Below are positions 32,801 to 41,055 of a DNA stretch of 64,000 bases, piece by piece; the first letter of the stretch is position 1; every line of letters starts with the position of its first letter. The stretch lies in IMG/VR virus record IMGVR_UViG_3300047094_000158; one strand, written 5' to 3'. The notes under the pieces are model-generated. The model did no database searches and was not told the origin of the DNA. It saw nothing but the letters and a program-made list of their open reading frames with translations. Origin of the DNA: an uncultured virus (IMG/VR IMGVR_UViG_3300047094_000158). Its lineage: Duplodnaviria; Heunggongvirae; Uroviricota; Caudoviricetes. Position numbers and translations under genes: made by a program.

Positions 32801-34252
32801 TCTTTCAGACATAATCGCAAGTTGTTCAACTGAGTTTGTTGTTAAAGCAAGTACCTTTGATGCCTGTGTTCCATCTTTTGTTACGTTTTGAAATAATGTT
32901 GATAAACGTGAAAATTGGAACTTGCCGAATAACTGTTCAATTGCACGAGCACGATTAAGTGGATCTAATGTATCCAAGGCTCTTGAAAAGTCAATAACTG
33001 TTTGTCTAATGTTTCCTTGGTTGCCTTCTACAATTGCATTAATATTAATACCAAACCCTGCAAGCATGGCGCTTGCTTTTTTTGTTGGATTAATTAATGA
33101 TGCAAGACCAGATTTGAGTGCGTTGGCGCCTTCTGATGCATTGATACCGCCCTCTTTCATGGCAGTCAAGAAAAATGCTAAATCTTCAACATCTCCACCA
33201 AGTTGTTTAACAACTGGACCTGCTTTAGGAATTGCAATAGTTAAATCTTCAATAGATACAACTGTTTGGTTTTCAACTGCGTTAAGAAAGTCAATCTTTT
33301 TTGCTAAATCTTCTGCTGCTATTCCAAAAGCATTTGTTACTGATATTGTGGTTTCTAATGCTTGACTCTGTTCTACTCCACCAAGGACTGCAAGTCTTGT
33401 AGCCTGTGCAACTTGTGCAGTAAGTTCTGCTCCAGTTTTACCCATTGCCGCAGCATCTGCTGCCATCTTCATTGTATCTACAACTGCTACACCATACTTT
33501 GTAAATGACTCTGCAAGTTGTTTTATATTTTCAAGAGCCTCATTTGTTTGTTCCGTTGTTGTAAAGACGTCTCCATAAACACGTTTAAATCTAATAGCCT
33601 GTTTTTCAAGATCCATAAATGTTCTGCCAGCCACAGTTCCTAAATAAACAAGTGGAATTGTAAAACCAACCATAAGTTGGCGACCTGCCCATTGTGTGTT
33701 TTTACCAAAGTTTAAAAGATTGGTAGATCCTTGTTTTAATAATTGATTAAATAGTGCTTGTTTTTGTGCTGCCATAGCAATTTGCGTGCCATAGTCTTTC
33801 ATGTTTAGGCTAGTTGGAGTAACAGAGATAGCCTTCATTGCTCCGCTTGCATCACGGCCTAGTTTAATATATTGTGTTTGTAATTTTTTTACACGCTCTT
33901 GCGCTACCTTGCCAATTGTGTCAAACTCTGTTTTAAATAATCTTCCAAATGTTTTTGTTGAACCGCCCGCAAAACGGAAGTATTCACGCATTGACAGTTT
34001 ATTTTTTTCAAGAGAATGTGTAAAAGATTCTGTAGATGTTCTAACAACACCCATTTGTGCTGAAAATTTACCAGTAGCATTTATTGAATTCAGCAGATTC
34101 TGCTGCATATTTCTTTGTTGAGCAGCAGCAGAAGCACTACCCTTTGATACCGAAGTATGGAATAGTGCTAACTGTCGCTGTAAACCTTTAAGTTCCGCTA
34201 ACGCCTGCGACGTATCAATTTGTACGCCAATTTTGGCATTAACATCACTCAT
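26885..34252 (-). CDS. Tail tape measure protein
   Basis: 2455 aa, Ala/Gly-rich helical TMP core (EGANALKSGLASLINP), hydrophobic segments, follows tail chaperones. Confidence 0.93.
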   Translation of the reverse strand: MSDVNAKIGVQIDTSQALAELKGLQRQLALFHTSVSKGSASAAAQQRNMQQNLLNSINATGKFSAQMGVVRTSTESFTHSLEKNKLSMREYFRFAGGSTKTFGRLFKTEFDTIGKVAQERVKKLQTQYIKLGRDASGAMKAISVTPTSLNMKDYGTQIAMAAQKQALFNQLLKQGSTNLLNFGKNTQWAGRQLMVGFTIPLVYLGTVAGRTFMDLEKQAIRFKRVYGDVFTTTEQTNEALENIKQLAESFTKYGVAVVDTMKMAADAAAMGKTGAELTAQVAQATRLAVLGGVEQSQALETTISVTNAFGIAAEDLAKKIDFLNAVENQTVVSIEDLTIAIPKAGPVVKQLGGDVEDLAFFLTAMKEGGINASEGANALKSGLASLINPTKKASAMLAGFGININAIVEGNQGNIRQTVIDFSRALDTLDPLNRARAIEQLFGKFQFSRLSTLFQNVTKDGTQASKVLALTTNSVEQLAIMSERELGVLENAVGTKFKKAIEDLKLTLAPIGKTFLEAVTPIAQSIAGLLDKFNNLGDGTKKFIVVATTLVGVIGPVLLMTFGLLLNAVANGIKLFAVMRSGFLRLGGNSKILAEQTNYLSVEQLEAATIAASLNQRHTQLTQQFVMEAGSLKLLRQAYIDATAAAARFAATNPGMMLPGFRGIKGGGTQKFSSGTTGVVGGESGKDSVPALLTPGEAVVPEPIAQDDRFKPLVAALVSGKIAQYNGGTTGVKPGLAFGHAVDYRQVSGANVSDKFRQLGFGRENLYTSVGFDIPKEMNAQLNRTNSRVNIDDYRKALLNNNSLRTMTLSLAKRGIPDREAYKVAQQIRGNLLKSLSGLPSGTLINDKMIYSRMGNERTGIMGALAKSGDPIISKAARSLLGAASTSAVGGSKIATNKLKPIDDVIKAVQKTRSNPVLVKKLNELKKLNPNLQIPTSLNSAGEIVAYRRPEITGGKVTGNNVMNGLVDGKFRSQREFLGGGRQVLKITKSMNDTFDRLISKQPQKETVAVRARGEFKRDSSGKLTALTGQNTERKPASVGTTSRNIADNRTTTLGPKETVVQRIRRIRGFADAQKVDSKGVPLSEATSKLAMGPRGLIAKQQQEIKKQNESIKQSTQATDDLTKQTKTAKQSLTAFSSKATMGLGAISGLTIAASFAGGKLGEMAQTIMPFVFGLQGIAMILPLLANPLVAVVAGFALVGGVIYKMGKDLEKARLEGINLAKSMSMTSEKLTALSVIAGTVSASEEAARRRKNIVSGTVEGQRQFGQNTLESEFGKGILADIEKQSKSGKSIKEISQNLANNLAVAVAQGAVTTSQARSISAALGEKLGSYEIPALVSGKLVSLLGPNGENLATDPLQVTLQIQKDSMQRQADSFRTAVDGAISESTGPNVLARVAGFGLIAAGAAAAVLTAGAAAVPGAALAATGAGLMLGGEADANKRKSVNVKLAAAAVELGIQEVAQNQGLVDSLNKQYDLKLKSAKTEQEIKTIEDQRKAGLATLNASNANALNLLVKQRDQLGGEAFTKGIKAAADAMYKEGPMAVFKDQALDALNNLKDSEFKTELQVGLASGQVGPAVITKILSTAAGNKGFETAFSLLVDKQGLADAALIAELLPSEGATDTTRALMLGYINNNSEDFDKDMQALSFLNQINPTYGITLDLKANGIQQLATATNALKQIEGLDPTLTKDVVAKLAEEKPGEWKAFYDQWTILSEGKDFVNKNLKVAFDVVSNDPNFKGFEGAAGKSAAEIIAKGGILPGAIPGGGVVEDKGPGKRDTVLDDLLLKLKLFRKESVNALGGWKELVKQLGSGKSINAFKGTTNQLQGMGANESLVQFAEGLGAEEAGKFFDKITSKAKNGKLVLNDYGKSLNRLFPTVQAGIYLRQQDQITREQTTQNKALSMLRARGVDAATALELTADAAQAAAIVSKDLDGKDLEKMIDRTKKATAATKEFEKALKATQFEADELSEGGAEALSENFDYQFIEIQKKAKDSFKKINGMSSEAIELSIMIDEQAINKIEDEINGINLKIKSYSRTLDSIGKQESIITETYDKKIESLNKQKDALESIKSINSFLISQQQKQLGLANALTQGDISAAASIAQEMRASSAEEALNRMGGGLEKATSNLELEKQKDLSLVTAVVNGEKLTRKQIDAKIITLNDEIYNIELKQLEPLQKQADAKKKLLSDLDFQISKEQQSLTINGMTRAEWDFIQRYTDATNKHLNQIVIDIDKVATSSTTAAGAWTSILASMKAASSLSGAVPSPTAKTAGPADYDKMQKDLTKEFTDRGIASGPASGLAASSVRLQAQADAYFKANPNIDPFTGAQKKMYGGKILSMAMGGLVPKYMANGGSIGSDTVPAMLTPGEFVMNKKATQQFGPLLSMLNESKYPSMIGNRNSAQVPVNSISTSMNDNSTAVYNYSLGFNINGSNSNPNDIARAVIREIKNVDSQRIRGQRI

Positions 34253-34268
34253 TCTTTCACCTCATTAT

Positions 34269-34601
34269 TTAATTGTTTGCAAGAACTGTGTTCAAGAGTG
34301 CATTTGCATCTTGAAGTTTTACCCCTGAAGCAGATTCAATAATTCTGTAAACAGTTGGAAGATCAATATTTTCTTCTAACTTTTTAGCATCTTCTGCAAT
34401 TTCTGGCTTATATTGCTTCATAGCAATTTGAACACACTCAATAAGGACAGTTGTTGACTTGTCATTATCCTCTGCCACCTCTGCTAGTTCTGAAAACTTT
34501 TTCATAAATGGACGAAGTAATGAGATTTTAAGCGGTCTTGCTTTAATCTTGCTTCCGTCCAAAAGAACTAGTTCTACCTCTTCATACGTGTTTGTTGCCA
34601 T
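34269..34601 (-). CDS. Tail assembly chaperone, short (gpG-like) form
   Basis: Between MTP and TMP; clear paralog of the N-terminal ~100 aa of 34663..35358; SD AGGAGG. Confidence 0.75.
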   Translation of the reverse strand: MATNTYEEVELVLLDGSKIKARPLKISLLRPFMKKFSELAEVAEDNDKSTTVLIECVQIAMKQYKPEIAEDAKKLEENIDLPTVYRIIESASGVKLQDANALLNTVLANN

Positions 34602-34628
34602 TGATTTTTCCTCCTATAGGCTATGTCA

Positions 34629-34637
34629 ATTATAGCA
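34629..34637 (-). promoter_or_regulatory. Extended -10 promoter TGCTATAAT
   Basis: Recurrent motif upstream of the short chaperone and TMP. Confidence 0.7.
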
Positions 34638-34662
34638 TGATGATGATTATTTTTTTATTATT

Positions 34663-35358
34663 TTATTTTGTTAAATCTTCGTAATCTAAACCATGACCAA
34701 TGCCAAACCCTGCTTTTTGGGCACTATGTCCTTGAAGAGCCAAAATGTCTTTGCCATCGCCTGTCTTGCCTTTGCTAAATACTCTGGCCTTCATATCTTC
34801 CCACTCTTTTTGTCCCCTATCATTACCTGATTGCTTATCTAAATCTACCCCCTGAATTGCAGCAAGAAATTTTTTTTCTTCATAGTCAAGTTCTCTACGA
34901 CTAGAAAGGGTGGCCATTAATTCTGGCATAGATAGCGATTCTTCTAATTCTTTGTAATCTTTCCAAATGCCCAATAAAAATACTTCTGCTTCTATTTTTG
35001 CTAAATCTAACTCAGACCAAGTAGCATTACTGTCTTTTGCTTGATCTTTTACTGTTTCTTGAGATTCTTTGTTTATTTTAATTCCCGCTGCAACATCTAA
35101 TATTGAATATATAGTTGGCATGTCTAGGCTATCTTCTATGTCCTCTTTGTTTAGTGCTACATCTGGATAATATTGTTTCATACAAATTCTAATGCACTCT
35201 GTTATACATTCTATGGCTTCGTCATCATTTTTGGCTTTTTTGACATACTCAAATGCTTCCATAAACTCACGTAAATGTTTTATTTTTAATGGATTTATTT
35301 CTAACTCTGTGCCATCAATAAGTTTTATTACTTTATTTTGATAAACGGTTGTTGCCAT
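34663..35358 (-). CDS. Tail assembly chaperone, long (gpG-T-like) form
   Basis: G-like N-domain fused in frame to a C-domain (WSELDLAKIEAEVFLLGIWKDYKELEESLSMPEL); start lies 7 nt after TGATAGAAT (35366-35374), no SD. Confidence 0.75.
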   Translation of the reverse strand: MATTVYQNKVIKLIDGTELEINPLKIKHLREFMEAFEYVKKAKNDDEAIECITECIRICMKQYYPDVALNKEDIEDSLDMPTIYSILDVAAGIKINKESQETVKDQAKDSNATWSELDLAKIEAEVFLLGIWKDYKELEESLSMPELMATLSSRRELDYEEKKFLAAIQGVDLDKQSGNDRGQKEWEDMKARVFSKGKTGDGKDILALQGHSAQKAGFGIGHGLDYEDLTK

Positions 35359-35381
35359 AATTTCTATTCTATCATAGGCAA

Positions 35382-35419
35382 AACAAAAAACCCACCTAAT
35401 TAAAGGTGGGCTTTTGTTT
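35382..35419. terminator. Intrinsic terminator after major tail protein
   Basis: CCCACCT-aattaa-AGGTGGG stem with flanking AACAAAA / TTTTGTT. Confidence 0.85.
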
Positions 35420-35433
35420 AATCTAAGTTTAGA

Positions 35434-36075
35434 TTATGATTGTCCATAGGTACGATCAATGATCTTACCGTAAGAACCTGATGTATCTTCAGGAAGAAGA
35501 CGGAATGAAACTTCAAACATTGACGGCTCATCACGCTTTGCTGACACAGTTACGTTCTCAATTGATAGAGCACGATATGCTGCATAGATGCGTTCTTTGT
35601 CCGCAAAAGTGGCTGGGTCACCAGATCCTGGACCAACAGCAACGATTCCTCGTTCTACTGGAACATCTCCGATATCTCCTGCACTTAAGTTAAGTGTTTG
35701 ACCTGTTGATGCGTTTTTATTTCCTGTTATTTTATCATCAGAGTATGCTAGTGCTACAAGCAAGTTTTCTAGGGTTGCTTCAGCAAAAGCGGTAGCAAGA
35801 TTTACTTGCATACCTTGCTTGTATAGTCTTGCAACGTCAAGAATTTGATCTACCTGAACTTCACCGAAGTCTGGTTGGAATTGTAATTCTAAACCATTCA
35901 TGGTGTAACCCACGTTGGTATAAGTAGCGGCTGATGTAAGTGTTTCCTTGTAAGACTCACTTGAATCAATCACTGCTGATGACGCTAAAGTTGCTGGAGT
36001 CAAAGTTGTATCATTAATGAAGAATGCTGCTGCACCCACGATAATGTTATTTGACGTACCACGGCTATATGGCAT
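35434..36075 (-). CDS. Major tail tube protein
   Basis: VGYTMNGLELQF...VDQ...ATAFAEATLENL pattern; strong SD GAGGTG; followed by terminator. Confidence 0.85.
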   Translation of the reverse strand: MPYSRGTSNNIIVGAAAFFINDTTLTPATLASSAVIDSSESYKETLTSAATYTNVGYTMNGLELQFQPDFGEVQVDQILDVARLYKQGMQVNLATAFAEATLENLLVALAYSDDKITGNKNASTGQTLNLSAGDIGDVPVERGIVAVGPGSGDPATFADKERIYAAYRALSIENVTVSAKRDEPSMFEVSFRLLPEDTSGSYGKIIDRTYGQS

Positions 36076-36149
36076 ATTATTTCACCTCTTTCATAAAGTA
36101 TTTATTAAGTTGTTTGGCGTGTTTCCTCTAAAACCAATTATACCGCTTT

Positions 36150-36722
36150 TTATGTATATCTAGAGTCTGAGTCAACTGCAACATGATAGTCATATTCAAC
36201 AATTAACTTGTTTACAAACAGGGTCCTTGCTGAGGCTAGTTCTGCTATGTCTCTGCTTTCGTCTGCCTGGTATACCCTTGTACTGTGGAACATAAGATTA
36301 AACGGAGTAGAAATATCTGCATTAGCATCCAGTATAGGGTTATTAATATTATATCTGTTTACGTCTTCTGCGGATGAGTCTTCACGATCAAGAGCGTTAG
36401 ATATAACACGAACGGAGTCTATTAACTTACCAACGTCTGTAGAATAAATAAAATATATTAACTGCTCTCTTTTATGTAGATAAAACGGGGTAGGCCTAAA
36501 TCTCATTAATCTATCATAAACAATTAAGATAGGGCTTTCTGTCTGTCTAATTTGAATACTGTCATTATATAAATCTTCAATATTGGTTGGAAACTGTGCT
36601 GGAATCATTGGGCTTGGCGTTACTAAATCTGAGTCTGCTACAAGTTCATAATGAGCCAACTCAGACAAAACATATCTATTTAAAAAGGTTGGTGGAAATC
36701 CAGTGTCAGTTAATATAGTCAT
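36150..36722 (-). CDS. Tail terminator/completion protein (putative)
   Basis: Position immediately upstream of MTP. Confidence 0.55.
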   Translation of the reverse strand: MTILTDTGFPPTFLNRYVLSELAHYELVADSDLVTPSPMIPAQFPTNIEDLYNDSIQIRQTESPILIVYDRLMRFRPTPFYLHKREQLIYFIYSTDVGKLIDSVRVISNALDREDSSAEDVNRYNINNPILDANADISTPFNLMFHSTRVYQADESRDIAELASARTLFVNKLIVEYDYHVAVDSDSRYT

Positions 36723-36726
36723 GGTC

Positions 36727-37404
36727 TTATTCTACCCCAATTGTTGCATTAGCAATCCATTTAAATCCTGTATCAATACCCTTAATTTTGCCCATTCTTG
36801 ATCCAGTCTTTATATTTTTTTTATATAGTTGTGGCTTTTTGATATAGTCATAAATACCAGAAGCCTTTAGAAATGATTGTTTAAAATATTTTAATACAAA
36901 CTCGTCTACCGTTTTTTCAAAACTGCCATAAACCATATCTCCACCAGGGTTATCCACAGTAATTGTCTTACTTGTAAATACTTCACCACTTGGTCCATTA
37001 AACTTTAAGACTTTGGCCTTAGTTGGTGCAATTGTAACTGGAACACCATCTTCCATAATTTTTGCTTTATTGTAAAATGGAATTGTCATATTTTCTGATA
37101 CTGTCCTTGATTGTCTAAATGAAGAGTTAATAGATAGTCCCAGGTTGCTAACAGTATATCTTAAATCAAATAGTCTTGCATTTGGACTGCCAGTTTGATT
37201 CCATTCGTAAATATGATGTAATGCTTTTGGGTTTGATCTTGCTTCAATATCAACATATTGTGCAAGAGCACTGATTACTCCAAGTCCTAACTTATCTAAA
37301 AATATTTTTTTACCTTTATGTATACCATCTAAAAATCCAACAGAATAATCAACAATGTTTTTCATTTGCTTATCAAACAATTTTGTATTCATTGAAATTA
37401 TCAT
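36727..37404 (-). CDS. Neck/tail-completion protein (putative)
   Basis: Basic protein in head-tail region; IAPTKAKVLKF...VDNPGG. Confidence 0.55.
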   Translation of the reverse strand: MIISMNTKLFDKQMKNIVDYSVGFLDGIHKGKKIFLDKLGLGVISALAQYVDIEARSNPKALHHIYEWNQTGSPNARLFDLRYTVSNLGLSINSSFRQSRTVSENMTIPFYNKAKIMEDGVPVTIAPTKAKVLKFNGPSGEVFTSKTITVDNPGGDMVYGSFEKTVDEFVLKYFKQSFLKASGIYDYIKKPQLYKKNIKTGSRMGKIKGIDTGFKWIANATIGVE

Positions 37405-37853
37405 TAATCACCTACAGTTTGATTTTCAGCCCTGCGCCACAACATTTTATAATATTCTGTATGTCCAAATGGCCCAGTAAATGGCTCAACTGTTGCCACT
37501 TCGTATATTGTTCCTCTGCCTGATCTTGCTCCTGCTGTTTCTTTATAAATAATGTTGTCAGATGCATCTCTAATATTTGTTATAAGTATATTTGTTGTTG
37601 CATTGTTTGCGTTGTTTGAAGAAAGTCTTGGGTCTTCTTTTGTTCTTGCAATAAGTTTATTTTCATACTTTAAAAAATTATCTGGTTTAACGTCTTCTGA
37701 TCCTAGCCCACCTACAGATGTAGCATTACAAGTAATTGTTCTATCGTATACCCAGTTTTTTGTAGGTTGTCCATAACCACCTTGTGCAAGAATAGGGAAG
37801 TAAATATCAGCCTTCATTGGAAACATAAAGTCTGTGACTTCGCATGCATCCAT
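37404..37853 (-). CDS. Head-tail stopper/closure protein (putative)
   Basis: Size and synteny; GGYGQP...IYEV motif. Confidence 0.55.
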   Translation of the reverse strand: MDACEVTDFMFPMKADIYFPILAQGGYGQPTKNWVYDRTITCNATSVGGLGSEDVKPDNFLKYENKLIARTKEDPRLSSNNANNATTNILITNIRDASDNIIYKETAGARSGRGTIYEVATVEPFTGPFGHTEYYKMLWRRAENQTVGD

Positions 37854-38854
37854 TACAACACTCCAGGACGAACAATATTATTAACATATTTAGACAAAAT
37901 CTTGTCTACAATAATATTTCCAGTACCCTCAATCATTCTTTTGTCATATTCAATTTTAAATTGATCAGTGCTGTAGTTCTTGATATATCTCTTGTAATAA
38001 TCTAATTTTCCACACCTAATATCTTCAACCAATAACTTTGTAGCATCTTGAATATCAATAGGAACTACCTTGTATCCAGTTTCTAACAATAATATAAGAT
38101 CTATTCCTGTTGGAAATGCTACTCCAGGGGTTACGGTCATAGTGTTTCCGCTGTCCTCTGTATCAAAAAGTGAAAAAGAATCTGACGTACCAATTGGAAT
38201 TCTTGATGGTCGGCGCTCTGCTCTATTTATTGCACCCTCTGACGCAGTTGGATCTTTTGTAAGTGCAGTCTTATCTTTAGTAATTACGTATGTGTAGTCT
38301 CCTACAGTTGGGCCATCAGGGTTGTATATGTCATAAACTAGTTCTGTATTTTCGTATACTCTTAATATTTTGTGTACTTTTTTCCAAAGTGGAATATAGT
38401 CTACTTCTTGTCCAACAATCTCTAAAAATTCACGTTCATAATAAAAGCCACCAGTTATTGAATCAATAATTGTTCTTGCTAAATTTTCATACTCTACATA
38501 TTTGGCAATTTCTGTTGCAGATGTTTGATTGTTTGCTGCTGCTAAAAGTGTAGGGTCTACATATGGACGCTTTACCTCTAGGTTATCTTCAACAACTATA
38601 TCTCCACGATCTGCTACAACCATGCCACTTTCTTCTAAATCTTCATAAATTGTCAAAGCATATGATTTATCATATTTAATAAAATCATCATCTAATACAT
38701 AACTAACCTGTTTGCTGGCGTCGGATGTTCTGTAAGAGGCAATTTCTGATTGCTCTGCGACATCTTCAATGACTATAACATACTTAGCGTTAGCGTCTGG
38801 AACTGTATACTTAACAGTTAAAGGATATGGTGGTAGACGAAGAATTGTTGACAT
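37853..38854 (-). CDS. Head-tail adaptor (putative)
   Basis: ARTIIDSITG...GYKVVPIDIQDATKLL...GTGNIIVDKILSKY connector-like motifs. Confidence 0.65.
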   Translation of the reverse strand: MSTILRLPPYPLTVKYTVPDANAKYVIVIEDVAEQSEIASYRTSDASKQVSYVLDDDFIKYDKSYALTIYEDLEESGMVVADRGDIVVEDNLEVKRPYVDPTLLAAANNQTSATEIAKYVEYENLARTIIDSITGGFYYEREFLEIVGQEVDYIPLWKKVHKILRVYENTELVYDIYNPDGPTVGDYTYVITKDKTALTKDPTASEGAINRAERRPSRIPIGTSDSFSLFDTEDSGNTMTVTPGVAFPTGIDLILLLETGYKVVPIDIQDATKLLVEDIRCGKLDYYKRYIKNYSTDQFKIEYDKRMIEGTGNIIVDKILSKYVNNIVRPGVL

Positions 38855-39210
38855 TATGCTTTAGCGTAATAAGATGCTACTTCTTCAGGTTGTGCTATAC
38901 GTACTAACCTGTGAGTAAGCCACTTTTCCGATGCCTCCTTTGAGACTATGTTATACCCCACGCTTAATGCGCCCAGGCTATCCATGTGAATATTTCTACC
39001 TGAATATAGTGCTACTTTGTTTGTTAAGTTTTTATCTTTACCTGCTTTTTCTGCAGTTTCTTCTGTTTTTTCTGGCGGAATCCAACTAGCCAAAATTTCT
39101 AAAATTTCAAGTTTTGTGTTTGATTCAAATAATTCTATGTTGTTTTTCTTTGCATATGCCTTTAATGCCATTACTGTTTTATCTTTTAGTTGATCCATTG
39201 TTAAATTCAT
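38854..39210 (-). CDS. Protein with Rho-N/HeH-like helical domain
   Basis: LKDKTVMALKAYAKKNNI...KLEILEIL; SD GGAG before ATG 39210; promoter TGGTATAAT at 39234-39242. Confidence 0.65.
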   Translation of the reverse strand: MNLTMDQLKDKTVMALKAYAKKNNIELFESNTKLEILEILASWIPPEKTEETAEKAGKDKNLTNKVALYSGRNIHMDSLGALSVGYNIVSKEASEKWLTHRLVRIAQPEEVASYYAKA

Positions 39211-39257
39211 ATTTTCTCCATTGTCCATTTGTAATTATACCATTATAATGACAATAA

Positions 39258-39283
39258 GGAGGACGGTTATTATGCCGTCCTCC
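39258..39283 (-). terminator. Hairpin/terminator after major capsid gene
   Basis: GGAGGACGG-8nt-CCGTCCTCC stem; only a short U-tract. Confidence 0.7.
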
Positions 39284-39304
39284 CTAGTACGTGATGATTA
39301 TATT

Positions 39305-40450
39305 TTAGGAATCAGCACTATCTGAGTCAACATAAGCGACTGCATCTAGTTCTTCCCAAGCAAGACCAAATCGTACGAATACTGTGTATTCAATTGTGTC
39401 TTTCTTTGGTTTGTATTCACGGTTTACAGTGATGTCTCTCTGGAAGCCCCATACACGGTTAGAAGGGAATGTTAAATCAACATAACCTGCTGGGTAGTAA
39501 GGAACTTCTAGTACATCTACACCTAGTACACGAGTTGTACGTGCATTACCAAATGTCTGTGCAGCACCATCCATGTAATCTTGACGGTTTTGCTGTGTGC
39601 TACCAGTGCGATCAGAGAACGCTGCTGAGATAGCATCTGCTAATGTACCGTTGTTACGAACAATACCAGCAAAAGCATCAGTACCTGCGTAGAACTTAAG
39701 ATTGCTCTTAAGTGCACGGTACTTACGAGGCATTGCCAATAGCAAGCCTTGCATTACTGATGTAGTAAAGTTGTTGTCTGATACTGTTGCAGCATATTCG
39801 TGAGCAGCATTTCCTACTGTTCCACGAGTTTGCTTTACGAAACCAGGCATGATGGACAAGAAATCTCCTGTTGCTCCATCACCGTTGATAGCAAGATCTT
39901 CAATATCGTTACCGAATGCGTTGGTCATTAATCGTACTAGACGATCTTCCAATGCTCCGCCTTCAATATTGTCTTCAAGTGCTTCAGTTGCTACTTCCCA
40001 ATCAAGACGAATCTTTTTTGTTGTTAGTTCAACTTTTGTAAATCTAGCGCCAGTGTTTGTGTAGTTTGGTGAGCCTTGTGATGCTGCACGAATTACACGC
40101 TCTCCGACGTTGACTTTTTCAATTTCCATGGTGTTTGCTCTCATGGTGACACGACGGCCATCTTTAGCAAGGACAGTTGCATCCCATACATAATCAATAA
40201 AGCGTTGTGCTTGTTCAGGACGTAGGATACCTCCTGCGTTACCAGTTGGGTTTACTGCGTTATCTCCAGTTGTTGAACCGAAGCCTGCAGTAGCAGTGTG
40301 ACCAAGTTGTGAACCTACAGATGATCCTGCAGCATCCAGACCAGTAGCACTACCAACACCACCAGATACTAAAGATCCCGCTGAGTTAATCTCTGCGCCA
40401 TCTCCTGAACCTGGATAGTTTTTTTCTATCTTTGTGTTTTGTTCCGACAT
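39305..40450 (-). CDS. Major capsid protein (HK97 fold)
   Basis: GGILRPEQAQRFID, EALEDNIEG, DIEDLAINGD; SD GGAGGTG; downstream of protease/scaffold. Confidence 0.92.
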   Translation of the reverse strand: MSEQNTKIEKNYPGSGDGAEINSAGSLVSGGVGSATGLDAAGSSVGSQLGHTATAGFGSTTGDNAVNPTGNAGGILRPEQAQRFIDYVWDATVLAKDGRRVTMRANTMEIEKVNVGERVIRAASQGSPNYTNTGARFTKVELTTKKIRLDWEVATEALEDNIEGGALEDRLVRLMTNAFGNDIEDLAINGDGATGDFLSIMPGFVKQTRGTVGNAAHEYAATVSDNNFTTSVMQGLLLAMPRKYRALKSNLKFYAGTDAFAGIVRNNGTLADAISAAFSDRTGSTQQNRQDYMDGAAQTFGNARTTRVLGVDVLEVPYYPAGYVDLTFPSNRVWGFQRDITVNREYKPKKDTIEYTVFVRFGLAWEELDAVAYVDSDSADS

Positions 40451-40479
40451 TATTTTTCACCTCCTAGTGATTTTTTACC

Positions 40480-41055
40480 TTAGTTAAATAGGTCGGCATT
40501 TGTGAGGAAACGACCGCCCCATAGGGTTTTATGAATCACTTGTGGTGATTCCTGTACGATCTCGCCTAGATCGCCAGACTTGCGGAAAGCGGTATCTTGT
40601 TCTACAAGATCTACTCGCTTGCCAAACTCGTTAAAGTTGTTCTTGATTCCATTAACATCAGATGTTACCGATTCAAGAGATTTTGTTACTGCTGTTACTT
40701 TCTCATTAAGAGATTTAATAGTTTCAGCAAGATCGCCAAAGGCATTAGTAAGAGAACTATTAATTTCTGAAACTGCTTTAGCAACTTCTTCTTTAACATC
40801 TGCAACAGATTTTTCCACTGCATTCTCTACTTCAACTGCTGCTTTTGCAACAGAAGAATCTGCACTAGCATCATCTGACTTAGCAACTGCAAGTTCTTCA
40901 ACTGCTGGTGCTTCTTCAGCGATTGCAGGGGTTTCTTTTGCTTCTGCAACAACTTCTGTTGCTGCTTCTAAGGTTACCTCTGCTGGCTGTGCCTCTGGAG
41001 CAACCTCTGCATTTTCAACTGCAGTTTCTATAACTGCTTCTGTTGATTCTGTCAT
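40480..41055 (-). CDS. Nested in-frame scaffold protein (internal start)
   Basis: AAGGAGGT 7 nt before ATG 41055 (MTESTEAV...), at the protease/scaffold boundary. Confidence 0.75.
   Translation of the reverse strand: MTESTEAVIETAVENAEVAPEAQPAEVTLEAATEVVAEAKETPAIAEEAPAVEELAVAKSDDASADSSVAKAAVEVENAVEKSVADVKEEVAKAVSEINSSLTNAFGDLAETIKSLNEKVTAVTKSLESVTSDVNGIKNNFNEFGKRVDLVEQDTAFRKSGDLGEIVQESPQVIHKTLWGGRFLTNADLFN

Noticed and set aside
34269..35358. Programmed -1 frameshift in the tail chaperone region
   Set aside because: The long form is already one open frame and the short gene is followed within 17 nt by the TMP start; the A-run near 34870 lies inside the C-domain and has no evident role
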